From the NCBI GenBank assembly GCA_964569815.1, contig CAZMUN010000002.1, forward strand, positions 2,701-66,700: a DNA stretch of 64,000 bases, in the 5' to 3' direction. Positions 27,202-36,068 of this stretch are shown here, one piece after another (within the stretch, counting starts at the first letter, position 1; each line of letters starts with the position of its first letter). Position numbers and translations under genes: made by a program. The stretch is from an uncultured archaeon (GTDB lineage Archaea > Iainarchaeota > Iainarchaeia > Iainarchaeales > GCA-2688035). A model generated the notes under the pieces. That model made no database searches, had not been told where the DNA came from, and saw nothing but the letters and a program-made list of their open reading frames with translations.

Positions 27202-28709
27202 AAAAGGTTGTCCTAGTCATAAGAGACGGCTGGGGTTTTAATCCAAAACAAGAAAAAAACGCTATTTTTGCAGCAAACACCGAAAACACCGACCGGTTGA
27301 TGAAAGAATATCCAAACACCTTGCTTGAATGCGCAGGGGAGGCAGTCGGCCTTCCAAAAGGATACCAAGGAAACAGTGAAGTCGGACATATGACCATTGG
27401 CTCCGGCCGCGTCATATTTCAGCCGATGGTTAGAATAAACAAGGCCATCGAATCAGGCGAGTTTTTTAAAAACAGGGCCTTCCTGCAGGCGATTGAAAAT
27501 TGCAGGAAACACAATAGCGCCCTGCATCTCATTGGACTGCTTCAAAGCGAAGGGGTCCACAGCCATGAAAACCACCTTTTTGCACTTCTAGAATTATGCA
27601 AAAAGAAAAACTTTGACAAGGTTTTAGTGCATGCAGTAATGGACGGGCGTGACGCCCCGCCCAAAGACGGAATAAAGCATTTGAAAAAGCTAAAGCAAAA
27701 AATGGAAAGTGTTGGCTTGGGAAAGATTGCAACACTTTCAGGACGATACTACACTATGGACCGCGACAAAAGATGGGACCGCACCAAAAAGGCATATGAC
27801 TGCATTGTTTTGGGAAAGGCTGAAAGCTTTGAAGATGCGGAAAAAAAGCTTGTTGAATGCTATGGAAAAAAGGAAACAGACGAGTTTTTGACACCGAGAA
27901 GAGCAGAATGGTATCAGGGCGTTAAGGAAAAAGACAGCATAATTTTTTTCAACTTCAGGACAGACAGGCCAAGGCAGCTAACCCAAGCCATTGTTGAGAA
28001 AATGTTTGCAGGCTGGAGGCGCAAGCCGCTTGATGTCTTTTTTGCGGCTATGACTGAATACTATAAGCCAATGAAAGCTATTGCGGCATTCAAAGACCAG
28101 AATATTGAAAACCTGCTTGGCGAAGTCATAAGCAAGGCCGGACTAAAGCAGCTGCGTATTTCGGAAACAGAAAAATATGCCCACGTAACCTTTTTCTTCA
28201 ACGGCCAGAAAGAGCAGCCAAGCAAAGGCGAGGACAGGATAATGGTGCCAAGCCCAAAGGTTGCAACCTATGACAGGAAACCAGAAATGAGCGCATTTGA
28301 GGTTACAGAAAAGCTTGTGAAAGAGATTGAAAGCGAAAAACACGAATTTATTGTGGTAAACATTGTAAACGGCGACCTTGTAGGCCACACGGGAATATGG
28401 AACGCATGCCTCAAAGCAGCAGAAACAGTTGACAAATGCGTTGCCAGAATAACAGAAGCAGGCCTCAAACACGACTACAGCTTGCTTATTTTTGCCGACC
28501 ACGGCAACCTTGAAGACCAGTCAAAGCAATGGGGGACATCCCACACACTAAACCCGGTTCCCATAGTTATTGTATCAGAAGACGAAAAGCTGAAAAAAAC
28601 TGTTTTGAAACAAGGCTTTGGCCTGAAAGACATAGCCCCAACAGTTTTGGGCATAATGGGAATAAAAAAGCCAAAAGAAATGACCGGAACAGGTTTGCTT
28701 CAAGGCTAA
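27198..28709 (+). CDS. gpmI: 2,3-bisphosphoglycerate-independent phosphoglycerate mutase (iPGM)
   Basis: VVLVIRDGWG, NSEVGHMTIGSGRV, ADHGN motifs. Size and architecture match iPGM. Confidence 0.85.
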   Translation: MKKVVLVIRDGWGFNPKQEKNAIFAANTENTDRLMKEYPNTLLECAGEAVGLPKGYQGNSEVGHMTIGSGRVIFQPMVRINKAIESGEFFKNRAFLQAIENCRKHNSALHLIGLLQSEGVHSHENHLFALLELCKKKNFDKVLVHAVMDGRDAPPKDGIKHLKKLKQKMESVGLGKIATLSGRYYTMDRDKRWDRTKKAYDCIVLGKAESFEDAEKKLVECYGKKETDEFLTPRRAEWYQGVKEKDSIIFFNFRTDRPRQLTQAIVEKMFAGWRRKPLDVFFAAMTEYYKPMKAIAAFKDQNIENLLGEVISKAGLKQLRISETEKYAHVTFFFNGQKEQPSKGEDRIMVPSPKVATYDRKPEMSAFEVTEKLVKEIESEKHEFIVVNIVNGDLVGHTGIWNACLKAAETVDKCVARITEAGLKHDYSLLIFADHGNLEDQSKQWGTSHTLNPVPIVIVSEDEKLKKTVLKQGFGLKDIAPTVLGIMGIKKPKEMTGTGLLQG

Positions 28710-28742
28710 TTCTTAAATACCAAAAAGCGGTTAAATAATGCA

Positions 28743-29159
28743 ATGAAAGCCCAGATTTCCCTAGATTTGATGCTAACAATAGCCGTTGCCCTGGTTGCAG
28801 TAGGCAGTGCAGCAGCCTTAGGCCAAAACATTCTGGAAATGCAGTCAGATGCCTCTGTGAAAGCACAGCTTGAAAGCATTGGAACAGGCCTTGCGGAAAT
28901 AATCAGTGTTTCCGCGGTTTTGGGAGACGCAGACGACGCAAAAGCGGAATACGAGATTCCCGCTCTGCATGTGCCAGGAGAGAAAAACCCGCAAACCTGC
29001 AGCATAAGCCTTGCAGGAACAAACTTAACCTTAAGCTATGAGCTAGCAGACCTTGAAACAGGGGCAAGCAGAACCATAACTGTTTCAAAAAAAGTAATAG
29101 ACCCCGGAATGAACATAACAATGGGAAACTGTGGGGAAACAATGGTGATAAAAACATGA
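28743..29159 (+). CDS. Pilin/archaellin-like protein (class III signal peptide)
   Basis: MKA|QISLDLMLTIAVALVAVG, with acidic residue at +5. Confidence 0.6.
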   Translation: MKAQISLDLMLTIAVALVAVGSAAALGQNILEMQSDASVKAQLESIGTGLAEIISVSAVLGDADDAKAEYEIPALHVPGEKNPQTCSISLAGTNLTLSYELADLETGASRTITVSKKVIDPGMNITMGNCGETMVIKT

Positions 29160-29602
29160 ATAAAAAAGGCCAGCTTTTTTCACTAGACTTTTTGATTTCG
29201 CTTATAGCAATAACAGCAGCAGTTGGCCTGATGATTCACTCAATTGAAACAACTACCTACAACCAAAAAGAATTCAACCAAAGGAACGAAATGGAGTCCG
29301 TGGCAGAGCTTGCAACAGCAATACTTGCAGCAGACAGCAGGATTGCATGCACGGATGGAAGAGGGCAAGCAATTGTGAACTGCATTGACTCCGGCAAAAA
29401 CCGCTCCCATGCACTGGATTTTGTTACTGGCAGCGGCTACCATTACAGCCTGCAGGACAATTCTGGAACCATAGATGAGTCGTCAGCAGTTTACACAAGC
29501 CAGGATTTTTACGAAGTGAAGAGAACGGTTTTCATAGATGGCACGGATTCGGCAAACGAAGCAGAGCTGGCTTTGAAGGTGTGGAAATGGGAAAAGGCAT
29601 GA
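29156..29602 (+). CDS. Pilin-like protein (class III signal peptide)
   Basis: MNKKG|QLFSLDFLISLIAITAAVGLMI. Overlaps the previous stop. Confidence 0.6.
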   Translation: MNKKGQLFSLDFLISLIAITAAVGLMIHSIETTTYNQKEFNQRNEMESVAELATAILAADSRIACTDGRGQAIVNCIDSGKNRSHALDFVTGSGYHYSLQDNSGTIDESSAVYTSQDFYEVKRTVFIDGTDSANEAELALKVWKWEKA

Positions 29603-29925
29603 TTTTCACAATGGATGCCGCGCTTGCATTGGTGGTTGTAATGCTGGTTGCGGCAACTTTGCCGGCCCAGGTCCAGGCAAACCTGGAAGAAGAAAACTTG
29701 AATCAAAAGCTTCACCAAAGGGCCCTAGACAGGGGAATTTCCGCGCTTTACAAAGAAGATGTTTCAGGCTACAGCGGATCAAACGAGGAAGAAATAGGTG
29801 CAACAGACCGCTTTGGGGAATGCGTGGAAGTGCACGGGCTTATGGAAGACCCAACAACAGGCACTGAAAACCTTTATGGCCCCGATGTGCCAGAAAAAGG
29901 GGTTTTGTGCGAGGGAGCAACATGA
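29581..29925 (+). CDS. Pilin-like protein (class III signal peptide)
   Basis: GKG|MIFTMDAALALVVVMLVAA. Alternative starts at 29587 and 29599. Confidence 0.5.
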   Translation: MEMGKGMIFTMDAALALVVVMLVAATLPAQVQANLEEENLNQKLHQRALDRGISALYKEDVSGYSGSNEEEIGATDRFGECVEVHGLMEDPTTGTENLYGPDVPEKGVLCEGAT

Positions 29926-30467
29926 ACAGCAACTTTACTAAAAGGGGGTTTTCCAAAGGGTTTTACACCGGGACAATTGCATTGACTGCAGTCATAATAA
30001 TTAGCGTGGTTTCCTTCAGTGCCATTTCTTCTATAGAGGCAGGCGAGGCAAAAAGCCAGGCAAGGGCAATTTTGGATGTAAGGTATGACTTCCAAAAGGC
30101 TTCGGTTATTGTTTCAAAAACCGTTTCTGATGCACTTGCAGACGCAAGCTTTGACGGCACAAGTTGCGGCTATGAAAAGAATGCTGCAGGAACAAATCTT
30201 CAGAACTATTTTGAAAACAACCATGTTCTTGCAACAACCTATGAAAACTGCACTGCAGAAATAAAGCAGCTACGCCAAGAAAATAGGCAGGTGGAAGTTG
30301 AGATTTACTGCACCAAAAACGCTGAAGGGGTTTTAGCAGAGTATAAAACCAGGGTTGAGTATAATAAGGCGGTTAGCGCAGTAGACAGCGGAACAGACTG
30401 CACTGTAACAGTCACAGACGATGACACTGGACAGGTCGAAGTCCAGGAAACCGAAACATATGTCTAA
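29907..30467 (+). CDS. Pilin-like protein (class III signal peptide), 186 aa
   Basis: KRGFSKG|FYTGTIALTAVIIISVV, followed by a Cys-containing globular region. Confidence 0.5.
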   Translation: MRGSNMNSNFTKRGFSKGFYTGTIALTAVIIISVVSFSAISSIEAGEAKSQARAILDVRYDFQKASVIVSKTVSDALADASFDGTSCGYEKNAAGTNLQNYFENNHVLATTYENCTAEIKQLRQENRQVEVEIYCTKNAEGVLAEYKTRVEYNKAVSAVDSGTDCTVTVTDDDTGQVEVQETETYV

Positions 30468-30509
30468 ACCCCTTTTTTATTAACCTTATTGAACCAACTT
30501 ATTTTTACC

Positions 30510-32306
30510 ATGGAAACAGATTCAAGGCATAGGATTGCCGTCATAAACTATGACAAGTGCAACCCAAAAAAATGCGGCGGATGGCTCTGTGAAAGCGTCT
30601 GCCCTGTGAACAGGGCAGGAAAGGAATGCGTTTTCCACGAAGCCGAGCAAAAGCCAAACATTTCCGAAGAGCTCTGCATTGGCTGCCTCATCTGCGTCAA
30701 CAAATGCCCTTTTGGGGCAATAAATGTGATAAACCTGTCAATGCAGCTTGATTTGCCTATTCACCAGTATGGAGAAAACCTTTTCCGGGTTCACAAACTG
30801 CCTTTGCCAAAAGAGGGAAGCGTGGTAGGCCTTGTTGGAAGAAACGGCTTGGGAAAAAGCACTGCATTGAACATTTTGTCAGGGAAGCTTGTGCCAAATT
30901 TGGGAAATATGGATGAAAACCCTTCTTGGGAAAAAGTGGCGGAAAAATTTCGCGGCAAGGAAGCCCAAGCGTTTTTTGAGGGCCTGAAAAAGCAGGAAGT
31001 GAAAGTAGCGGTAAAGCCACAGAACATTGATTTGCTTCCAAAAGTGTTTCAAGGAAAAAAGCCAGTTAAGGAGCTTTTGAAAAAGGCAGATGAAACAAAC
31101 GCCTTGAAAGAGGTTGCAAAAAAACTCGGCTTGGAGGAAATTCTTGAAAGGAAGCTTGAAAACCTTTCAGGCGGCGAACTGCAAAAAGTGGCAATTGCAG
31201 CAACGGCAATGAAAAAAGCAGACTTCTTCTTTTTTGACGAGCCAACAAGCTACTTGGACATAAAGCAAAGGGTGAAGGTAGCAGGTTTCATACGCGAGCT
31301 GGCAGAAAACGGGGCCAGTGTTATGGCAGTAGAACACGACCTAATCATTTTGGATTACTTAAGCGACTTCGTTCACTTGATGTACGGAAAGCCGGCAGTT
31401 TTTGGGATTGTAAGCCAGGTCAAAACAACAAAATCAGGGGTCAACGACTACATCGAGGGCTTTTCAAAAGAAGAAAACTACCGGTTTCGCGAATACACAA
31501 TAGAGTTCCCAGTAAAGGACAGCACAAAGAAAAAAACTTCCCAAAAGATAGTGAAATGGCCTGCTTTTTCAAAGACATTGGGAAGCTTCAAGCTTGAAGC
31601 AAAAGAAGGCTCCCTAAACAGGGATGAAGTGGTCGGCGTTTTAGGAGAAAACGCAACAGGAAAAACCACTTTTGCAAAAGTGATTGCCGGCCTGCTTGAA
31701 CCAGACTCAGGAAAGCTCGACATAAAGCTTCGTGTTTCCTACAAGCCGCAGCAGCTTGAATCAGACTCAAAGGAAACAGTGCAGGAATTTTTGCAGGCAA
31801 AAACCAAAGAATTTGGAACAGAAAACTACAAAGCAGAAATCCTGAGGCCGCTGGAAATCGAAGCATTCTTGGAAAAAAAGCTCAATACCTTGTCCGGAGG
31901 AGAACTGCAGCGTGTAGCGATTGCAGGGTGTTTGGGGCAGGAAGCCGACATTGTGCTAATGGACGAGCCCTCAGCCCATTTGGATGTAGAGCAAAGGCTC
32001 AAGGCAACGAAGGCAATAAGGGCAGCAGTGAACAGGAGAAACAGTTCTGCAATAATAATCGACCACGACCTGGTGTTTTTGGATTATTTGGCCGACAGGA
32101 TAATGTTTTTTGATGGAACTCCTTCAAAAAAAGGGGTTGCCAACAGCCCTGTGGGAATGGAGCAAGGCATGAACTCGCTTTTGAAAAAGCTTGAGATTAC
32201 GTTGAGGCGGGAAAAGAACGGACGCCCAAGAGTAAATAAAAAGGGCAGTGTTCTGGACAGAAAGCAGAAAAGCTCTGGAAACTATTACTACAGCCAGGTG
32301 TTTTAA
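30510..32306 (+). CDS. abcE1: ABCE1/RLI ribosome-recycling ATPase (2x[4Fe-4S] N-terminal domain plus two ABC domains)
   Basis: N-terminus CNPKKCGGWLCESVCPV...CIGCLICVNKCPFGAI. Two Walker A (GRNGLGKST, GENATGKTT) and two LSGGELQ signature motifs. ATG at 30510 is preferred over the upstream TTG. Confidence 0.9.
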   Translation: METDSRHRIAVINYDKCNPKKCGGWLCESVCPVNRAGKECVFHEAEQKPNISEELCIGCLICVNKCPFGAINVINLSMQLDLPIHQYGENLFRVHKLPLPKEGSVVGLVGRNGLGKSTALNILSGKLVPNLGNMDENPSWEKVAEKFRGKEAQAFFEGLKKQEVKVAVKPQNIDLLPKVFQGKKPVKELLKKADETNALKEVAKKLGLEEILERKLENLSGGELQKVAIAATAMKKADFFFFDEPTSYLDIKQRVKVAGFIRELAENGASVMAVEHDLIILDYLSDFVHLMYGKPAVFGIVSQVKTTKSGVNDYIEGFSKEENYRFREYTIEFPVKDSTKKKTSQKIVKWPAFSKTLGSFKLEAKEGSLNRDEVVGVLGENATGKTTFAKVIAGLLEPDSGKLDIKLRVSYKPQQLESDSKETVQEFLQAKTKEFGTENYKAEILRPLEIEAFLEKKLNTLSGGELQRVAIAGCLGQEADIVLMDEPSAHLDVEQRLKATKAIRAAVNRRNSSAIIIDHDLVFLDYLADRIMFFDGTPSKKGVANSPVGMEQGMNSLLKKLEITLRREKNGRPRVNKKGSVLDRKQKSSGNYYYSQVF

Positions 32307-33353
32307 TTGAGGGTTTTGAAAATCGACAGGAAGGAAAACTTTCTTCATTTGGAGCCGGAAATAGAGGACGACTTGTGGCATTTGGAGCGCGTTATAGAAG
32401 AGCACGATTTGGTAACAGGCTTGACTGACAGAAAAATAAAAGGCAAGGAGCCAGGAGAAAAAGCCCAAAGGATAAAGCTGGTTGTAACGCTTGACGTGAA
32501 CGGTGTTGAATTCCACAGGTTTATTGGAGAACTTAGGGTTTCGGGAAAAATCGTTGAAGGCAAGCCTGCTGAATTTCTTGACTTTGGTTCCCAGCAGTCT
32601 CTTGAAATAAGGCTTGGAAAGAATGTAAAGATAAAAAAGCAGTCGCTTAAAAATTTTCAAGTTGAAAGAATCAGGAAAGCGGCAGAGGCAACAAAGAAGG
32701 GAAATGTTTTGCTTCTTGTCCTGGACGACGAACAGGCAGGATTTGCCTGGCTCAAGGAATTTGAATTGAAGGAACTGGCTTCAATCAGAAGCAACAGGTC
32801 AGGAAAACAGTTCAAAGGAGAAGAGGTTGAAGGCCGCTATTACAGGGAACTCTTGAACAAGGTAAAAGAACTTCGGCCAGAAAAGCTGGTTGTGGCAGGA
32901 CCAGGCTTTGCAAAGGAAGGGTTTGAAAAATTTTTGAAAGAAAAAGGAAAGCCTGGAGACACAGAGATATTTTTTGCTTCAACAAACAGCGTTGGAAAAA
33001 CCGGTTTTCAGGAGCTTCTGAAAGGAGATTCCCTGAACAAAATGGTGCAAGAAATGCAGCTGGTGAAGGAAACAAGGCTTGTTGAAAGGATTCTAGAAGA
33101 GATTGGAAAAAATTCAGGATTGGCAGAATACGGCTTAAAAGAGGTTGAAAAAGCCGTTGAAACCGGGGCAGTTGATGAACTGCTGGTGGCGGACAAATTC
33201 TTGCTGGAAAACAGGCAAAAAGCCGAGGAAATAATGAAAAAAACCGAAAAAATGAACGGGGCCGTGCACTTAATTAACGCAGAGCATGAGGCCGGACGCC
33301 ATTTAATGAATTGGGGCGGGCTTGCTGCCCTGCTTAGGTTCAGAATCAAATAA
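32307..33353 (+). CDS. pelA: Pelota/Dom34 homolog (mRNA surveillance and ribosome rescue), directly downstream of abcE1
   Basis: Pelota-like N-terminal LKIDRKENFLHLEPEIEDDLWHLERVIEEHD. eRF1-like central and C-terminal domains. TTG start. Confidence 0.8.
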   Translation: MRVLKIDRKENFLHLEPEIEDDLWHLERVIEEHDLVTGLTDRKIKGKEPGEKAQRIKLVVTLDVNGVEFHRFIGELRVSGKIVEGKPAEFLDFGSQQSLEIRLGKNVKIKKQSLKNFQVERIRKAAEATKKGNVLLLVLDDEQAGFAWLKEFELKELASIRSNRSGKQFKGEEVEGRYYRELLNKVKELRPEKLVVAGPGFAKEGFEKFLKEKGKPGDTEIFFASTNSVGKTGFQELLKGDSLNKMVQEMQLVKETRLVERILEEIGKNSGLAEYGLKEVEKAVETGAVDELLVADKFLLENRQKAEEIMKKTEKMNGAVHLINAEHEAGRHLMNWGGLAALLRFRIK

Positions 33354-33386
33354 ATCCTTTTTTAAGGATAATCGGCTTTCAGTTAT

Positions 33387-34961
33387 TTGAGGGGGTTGCT
33401 TTTGGCTGTGAAAGAGGAGTGCGGAATAGCATCTGTTTCACTGCCAAAAAACATGAAAAACCCTCCTTTGGGTGGAGCCGCCTACTACTTGTACAAAATG
33501 CTTTTACAGCAACAGCACCGAGGCCAAAACAGTGCCGGCATAACAACTTACAGAAAAAAAAGAACCCAGCTTATAGACACTTACAAAGATTTGGGCATGG
33601 TTAACGAGGTTTTCAGAAGCCACCATTTTGCAAAAAACGCGGCAATTCTCAAGGAATACTCTGGAACCAAAGGAATAGGGCATGTTCGCTATTCCACAAG
33701 CGGAAACGATGACGCTGCAGCGGCCCAGCCCTTTGAAAGGCACCACGGCAGGCTTTGGAAATGGTTCAGCTTTTCATTCAACGGCCACATAGCAAACTTT
33801 TCACAGCTAAAAAAAGAGCTAATGAAATCCAGTTACCATCTTATCAGAAACGTTGACACCGAACTCACAATGCACTTCATTTCAAAGGCAATGGTAGGCG
33901 GAAAAAGAAGGCCCTTGGAAGACGTGTTCAACGAACTCTCCGAAGTGTTTGACGGAGCCTACAACCTCAACTATTTGGATGCCGAAGGAAGAATGGCTGT
34001 TGTACGAGACCCAATCGGCATAAGGCCGCTTTGCTACAGCAAGGAGGACGGGTTTTTCATGGCTGCAAGCGAAAGCTGTGCTTTGACCAACTGCGAGGCA
34101 GAAAAAATAAAAGACGTAAAGCAGGGGGAAATTGTTTTGGTTGAAGACGGTTCAGTGGAAGTGAAAAGGTATGCCAAAAAGCAGAAGCCAAGGCACTGCA
34201 TGTTTGAATGGGTTTACTTTGCAAACCCTGCTTCAATAATTGACAGCGTAAGCGTTTACGAGTCAAGATGGCGTTTGGGAGAAGAGCTTGCAAAAAAGGA
34301 ATTCCTGGATGTAAACGACAAAGAGCACGTGGTTGTTCCTGTGCCTGACACGGCAAAGCCTGCAGCAGCAGGCTATGCAAACAGCATGGGACTCCATTCA
34401 ATGGAGGGGCTTATAAGAAACAGGTACGTTGGCCGGACATTTATAGAGGGAGTAAAAAGGGCAGAGATTGCAAGAGAAAAATACAACATCAACAAAAGCA
34501 TAATAAAAGACAAAAAGATAATTCTGGTTGACGACAGCATTGTTCGCGGAACAACAAGCAAGGCTTTTATCAGCATGCTGAGAAAGCTGGGAAAGCCAAA
34601 AGAAGTCCATATGAGAATCAGCTGCCCACCAATAAAATACCCCTGCTATTACGGGACAGACATGTCGACAATGCACGAGCTTGCTGCACCACAACACATG
34701 TCTTTAGAGGAAGCAAAAACAGTAGGCATAGATGTTTCTAAAGAAGCTATTGGAAAGATTGGAAAAGAAATTGGTGTCGACAGCCTAGCATACCAGGATA
34801 TTGAAGGGCTTAAAAGGGGCCTAAGGCTTCCGGAAGAATCAGGCCTTTGCATGGCCTGCCTTACAGGGCAATACCCAACCGAATTTGGAAAAAAGCTTTT
34901 TAACAGGGCCCTAAAAGAATTTGAAAAAAAGCCGAAAATAAGGCATAAAAGGGTAATTTAA
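33387..34961 (+). CDS. purF: Amidophosphoribosyltransferase (glutamine PRPP amidotransferase)
   Basis: Short propeptide, then the Ntn Cys (EECGIAS). PRTase motif ILVDDSIVRGTTS. C-terminal [4Fe-4S] ligands CMACLTGQYP. Confidence 0.8.
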   Translation: MRGLLLAVKEECGIASVSLPKNMKNPPLGGAAYYLYKMLLQQQHRGQNSAGITTYRKKRTQLIDTYKDLGMVNEVFRSHHFAKNAAILKEYSGTKGIGHVRYSTSGNDDAAAAQPFERHHGRLWKWFSFSFNGHIANFSQLKKELMKSSYHLIRNVDTELTMHFISKAMVGGKRRPLEDVFNELSEVFDGAYNLNYLDAEGRMAVVRDPIGIRPLCYSKEDGFFMAASESCALTNCEAEKIKDVKQGEIVLVEDGSVEVKRYAKKQKPRHCMFEWVYFANPASIIDSVSVYESRWRLGEELAKKEFLDVNDKEHVVVPVPDTAKPAAAGYANSMGLHSMEGLIRNRYVGRTFIEGVKRAEIAREKYNINKSIIKDKKIILVDDSIVRGTTSKAFISMLRKLGKPKEVHMRISCPPIKYPCYYGTDMSTMHELAAPQHMSLEEAKTVGIDVSKEAIGKIGKEIGVDSLAYQDIEGLKRGLRLPEESGLCMACLTGQYPTEFGKKLFNRALKEFEKKPKIRHKRVI

Positions 34962-35317
34962 CGCACCCTGAACTCAAGCCACTTGACTTTTCTGCTTTCC
35001 ACAAGGCCTTTTATCCTTCGCTGCTTTGGATTCAACGAACTTGAGCCTGTTTTGAATTCGCAGAAAACTATTGCATTGTCTTCAAAAATTACTCCGTCTA
35101 TTGGCTCGCCCAAAAACTTGAACAAAGCAGGGTCGAAAGGAAACTGTTCCGCAAAGGGAATGAACTGCTCGGTCATTTTTCCATACCTTACAGACTGGCT
35201 GCTTTTCTGGAAACGCAAATCCTGAAGCTCCTGTTTTTGGGAAAAAACTTTCCTGACGGCAAAAAAAAGCGCTGTGAATAAAGCGATTGAAAGCAGAACA
35301 AAAAAGACTTCAAGCAT
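34958..35317 (-). CDS. Membrane-anchored PD-(D/E)XK nuclease-fold protein (Hjc-like fold; not the true Hjc)
   Basis: N-terminal TM helix, then DGVIFEDNAIVFCEFKTGSSSLNPKQRRIK, a D...E.K motif. Confidence 0.4.
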   Translation of the reverse strand: MLEVFFVLLSIALFTALFFAVRKVFSQKQELQDLRFQKSSQSVRYGKMTEQFIPFAEQFPFDPALFKFLGEPIDGVIFEDNAIVFCEFKTGSSSLNPKQRRIKGLVESRKVKWLEFRVR

Positions 35318-35318
35318 G

Positions 35319-35681
35319 CTAAAAGTACTCTGTTCCTTTGCCTGTTAAAATCACGAGCTTAAACTGCCTTTCCGCTTCCCTCAAGGCTGCAAGCAAAGCA
35401 GTGTGCTCTTTTCCAGAGCCGCTTATCAGGGAAACAACGATGTCTTCCTTAGGCAGCTTTTCCTTTATGGCGTCCTTCAAAATGTTGAAGCCGGCTCTGT
35501 TGTTAACAATAACCCACTCAACTTCTTTTGCAGGAGAAAAGTTTTCCTTGCCCCACTCGTTTCCAATGATAAGGACTCGGTCCCATTCCTCCTCAGAAAT
35601 TAGCCTTGCAATATGGCCCCAGCTGCCTTTTCCTATTCCCAAAACAGCTAAAAGCACTCTACCCATTGCCTCAACTCCCAT
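35319..35681 (-). CDS. Hypothetical small Rossmann-like protein
   Basis: ORF only. N-terminal MGRVLLAVLGIGKGSWGH, no assignable family. Confidence 0.3.
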   Translation of the reverse strand: MGVEAMGRVLLAVLGIGKGSWGHIARLISEEEWDRVLIIGNEWGKENFSPAKEVEWVIVNNRAGFNILKDAIKEKLPKEDIVVSLISGSGKEHTALLAALREAERQFKLVILTGKGTEYF

Positions 35682-35736
35682 ACAGGTAATATATACTATA
35701 CATTAGGTTCTCAAAAAAGCTTTTAAATGAAAGGAT

Positions 35737-36042
35737 TTAGGTTGAATAAAAGCGCTTGGTTTTCTTGTAGGCTTGAAGCAGTTTTTTTCCCTCCGGAGCG
35801 ATGACGTAGAAAACCTTGGGCCCTATTTTCAGGGAGCTGGCCACCCTAAGTTTCAAAAAAGCATCCATTATTGTATTCAGGTCCTCTTCCTCGATTTCGG
35901 GAAAAAACTGCCTTAAGTCAGAAAAGCTTTTCGCACCCTGCTCGATTTTTTCAAGAAACCTTATGAAAAAAGTGCCTTTGCTCAACTCGTAAAACTGGGG
36001 GTTTTTCTCAAGAAAAAAAATCCACTCGTCTTCTGCGCCCAT
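35737..36042 (-). CDS. Hypothetical winged-helix-like small protein
   Basis: ORF with a helix/beta-hairpin-like C-terminal half (LNTIMDAFLKLRVASSLKIGPKVFYVIAPEGKK). Confidence 0.3.
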   Translation of the reverse strand: MGAEDEWIFFLEKNPQFYELSKGTFFIRFLEKIEQGAKSFSDLRQFFPEIEEEDLNTIMDAFLKLRVASSLKIGPKVFYVIAPEGKKLLQAYKKTKRFYST

Positions 36043-36068
36043 TTAAAAAAATATGGCCTCAAAGTTGT

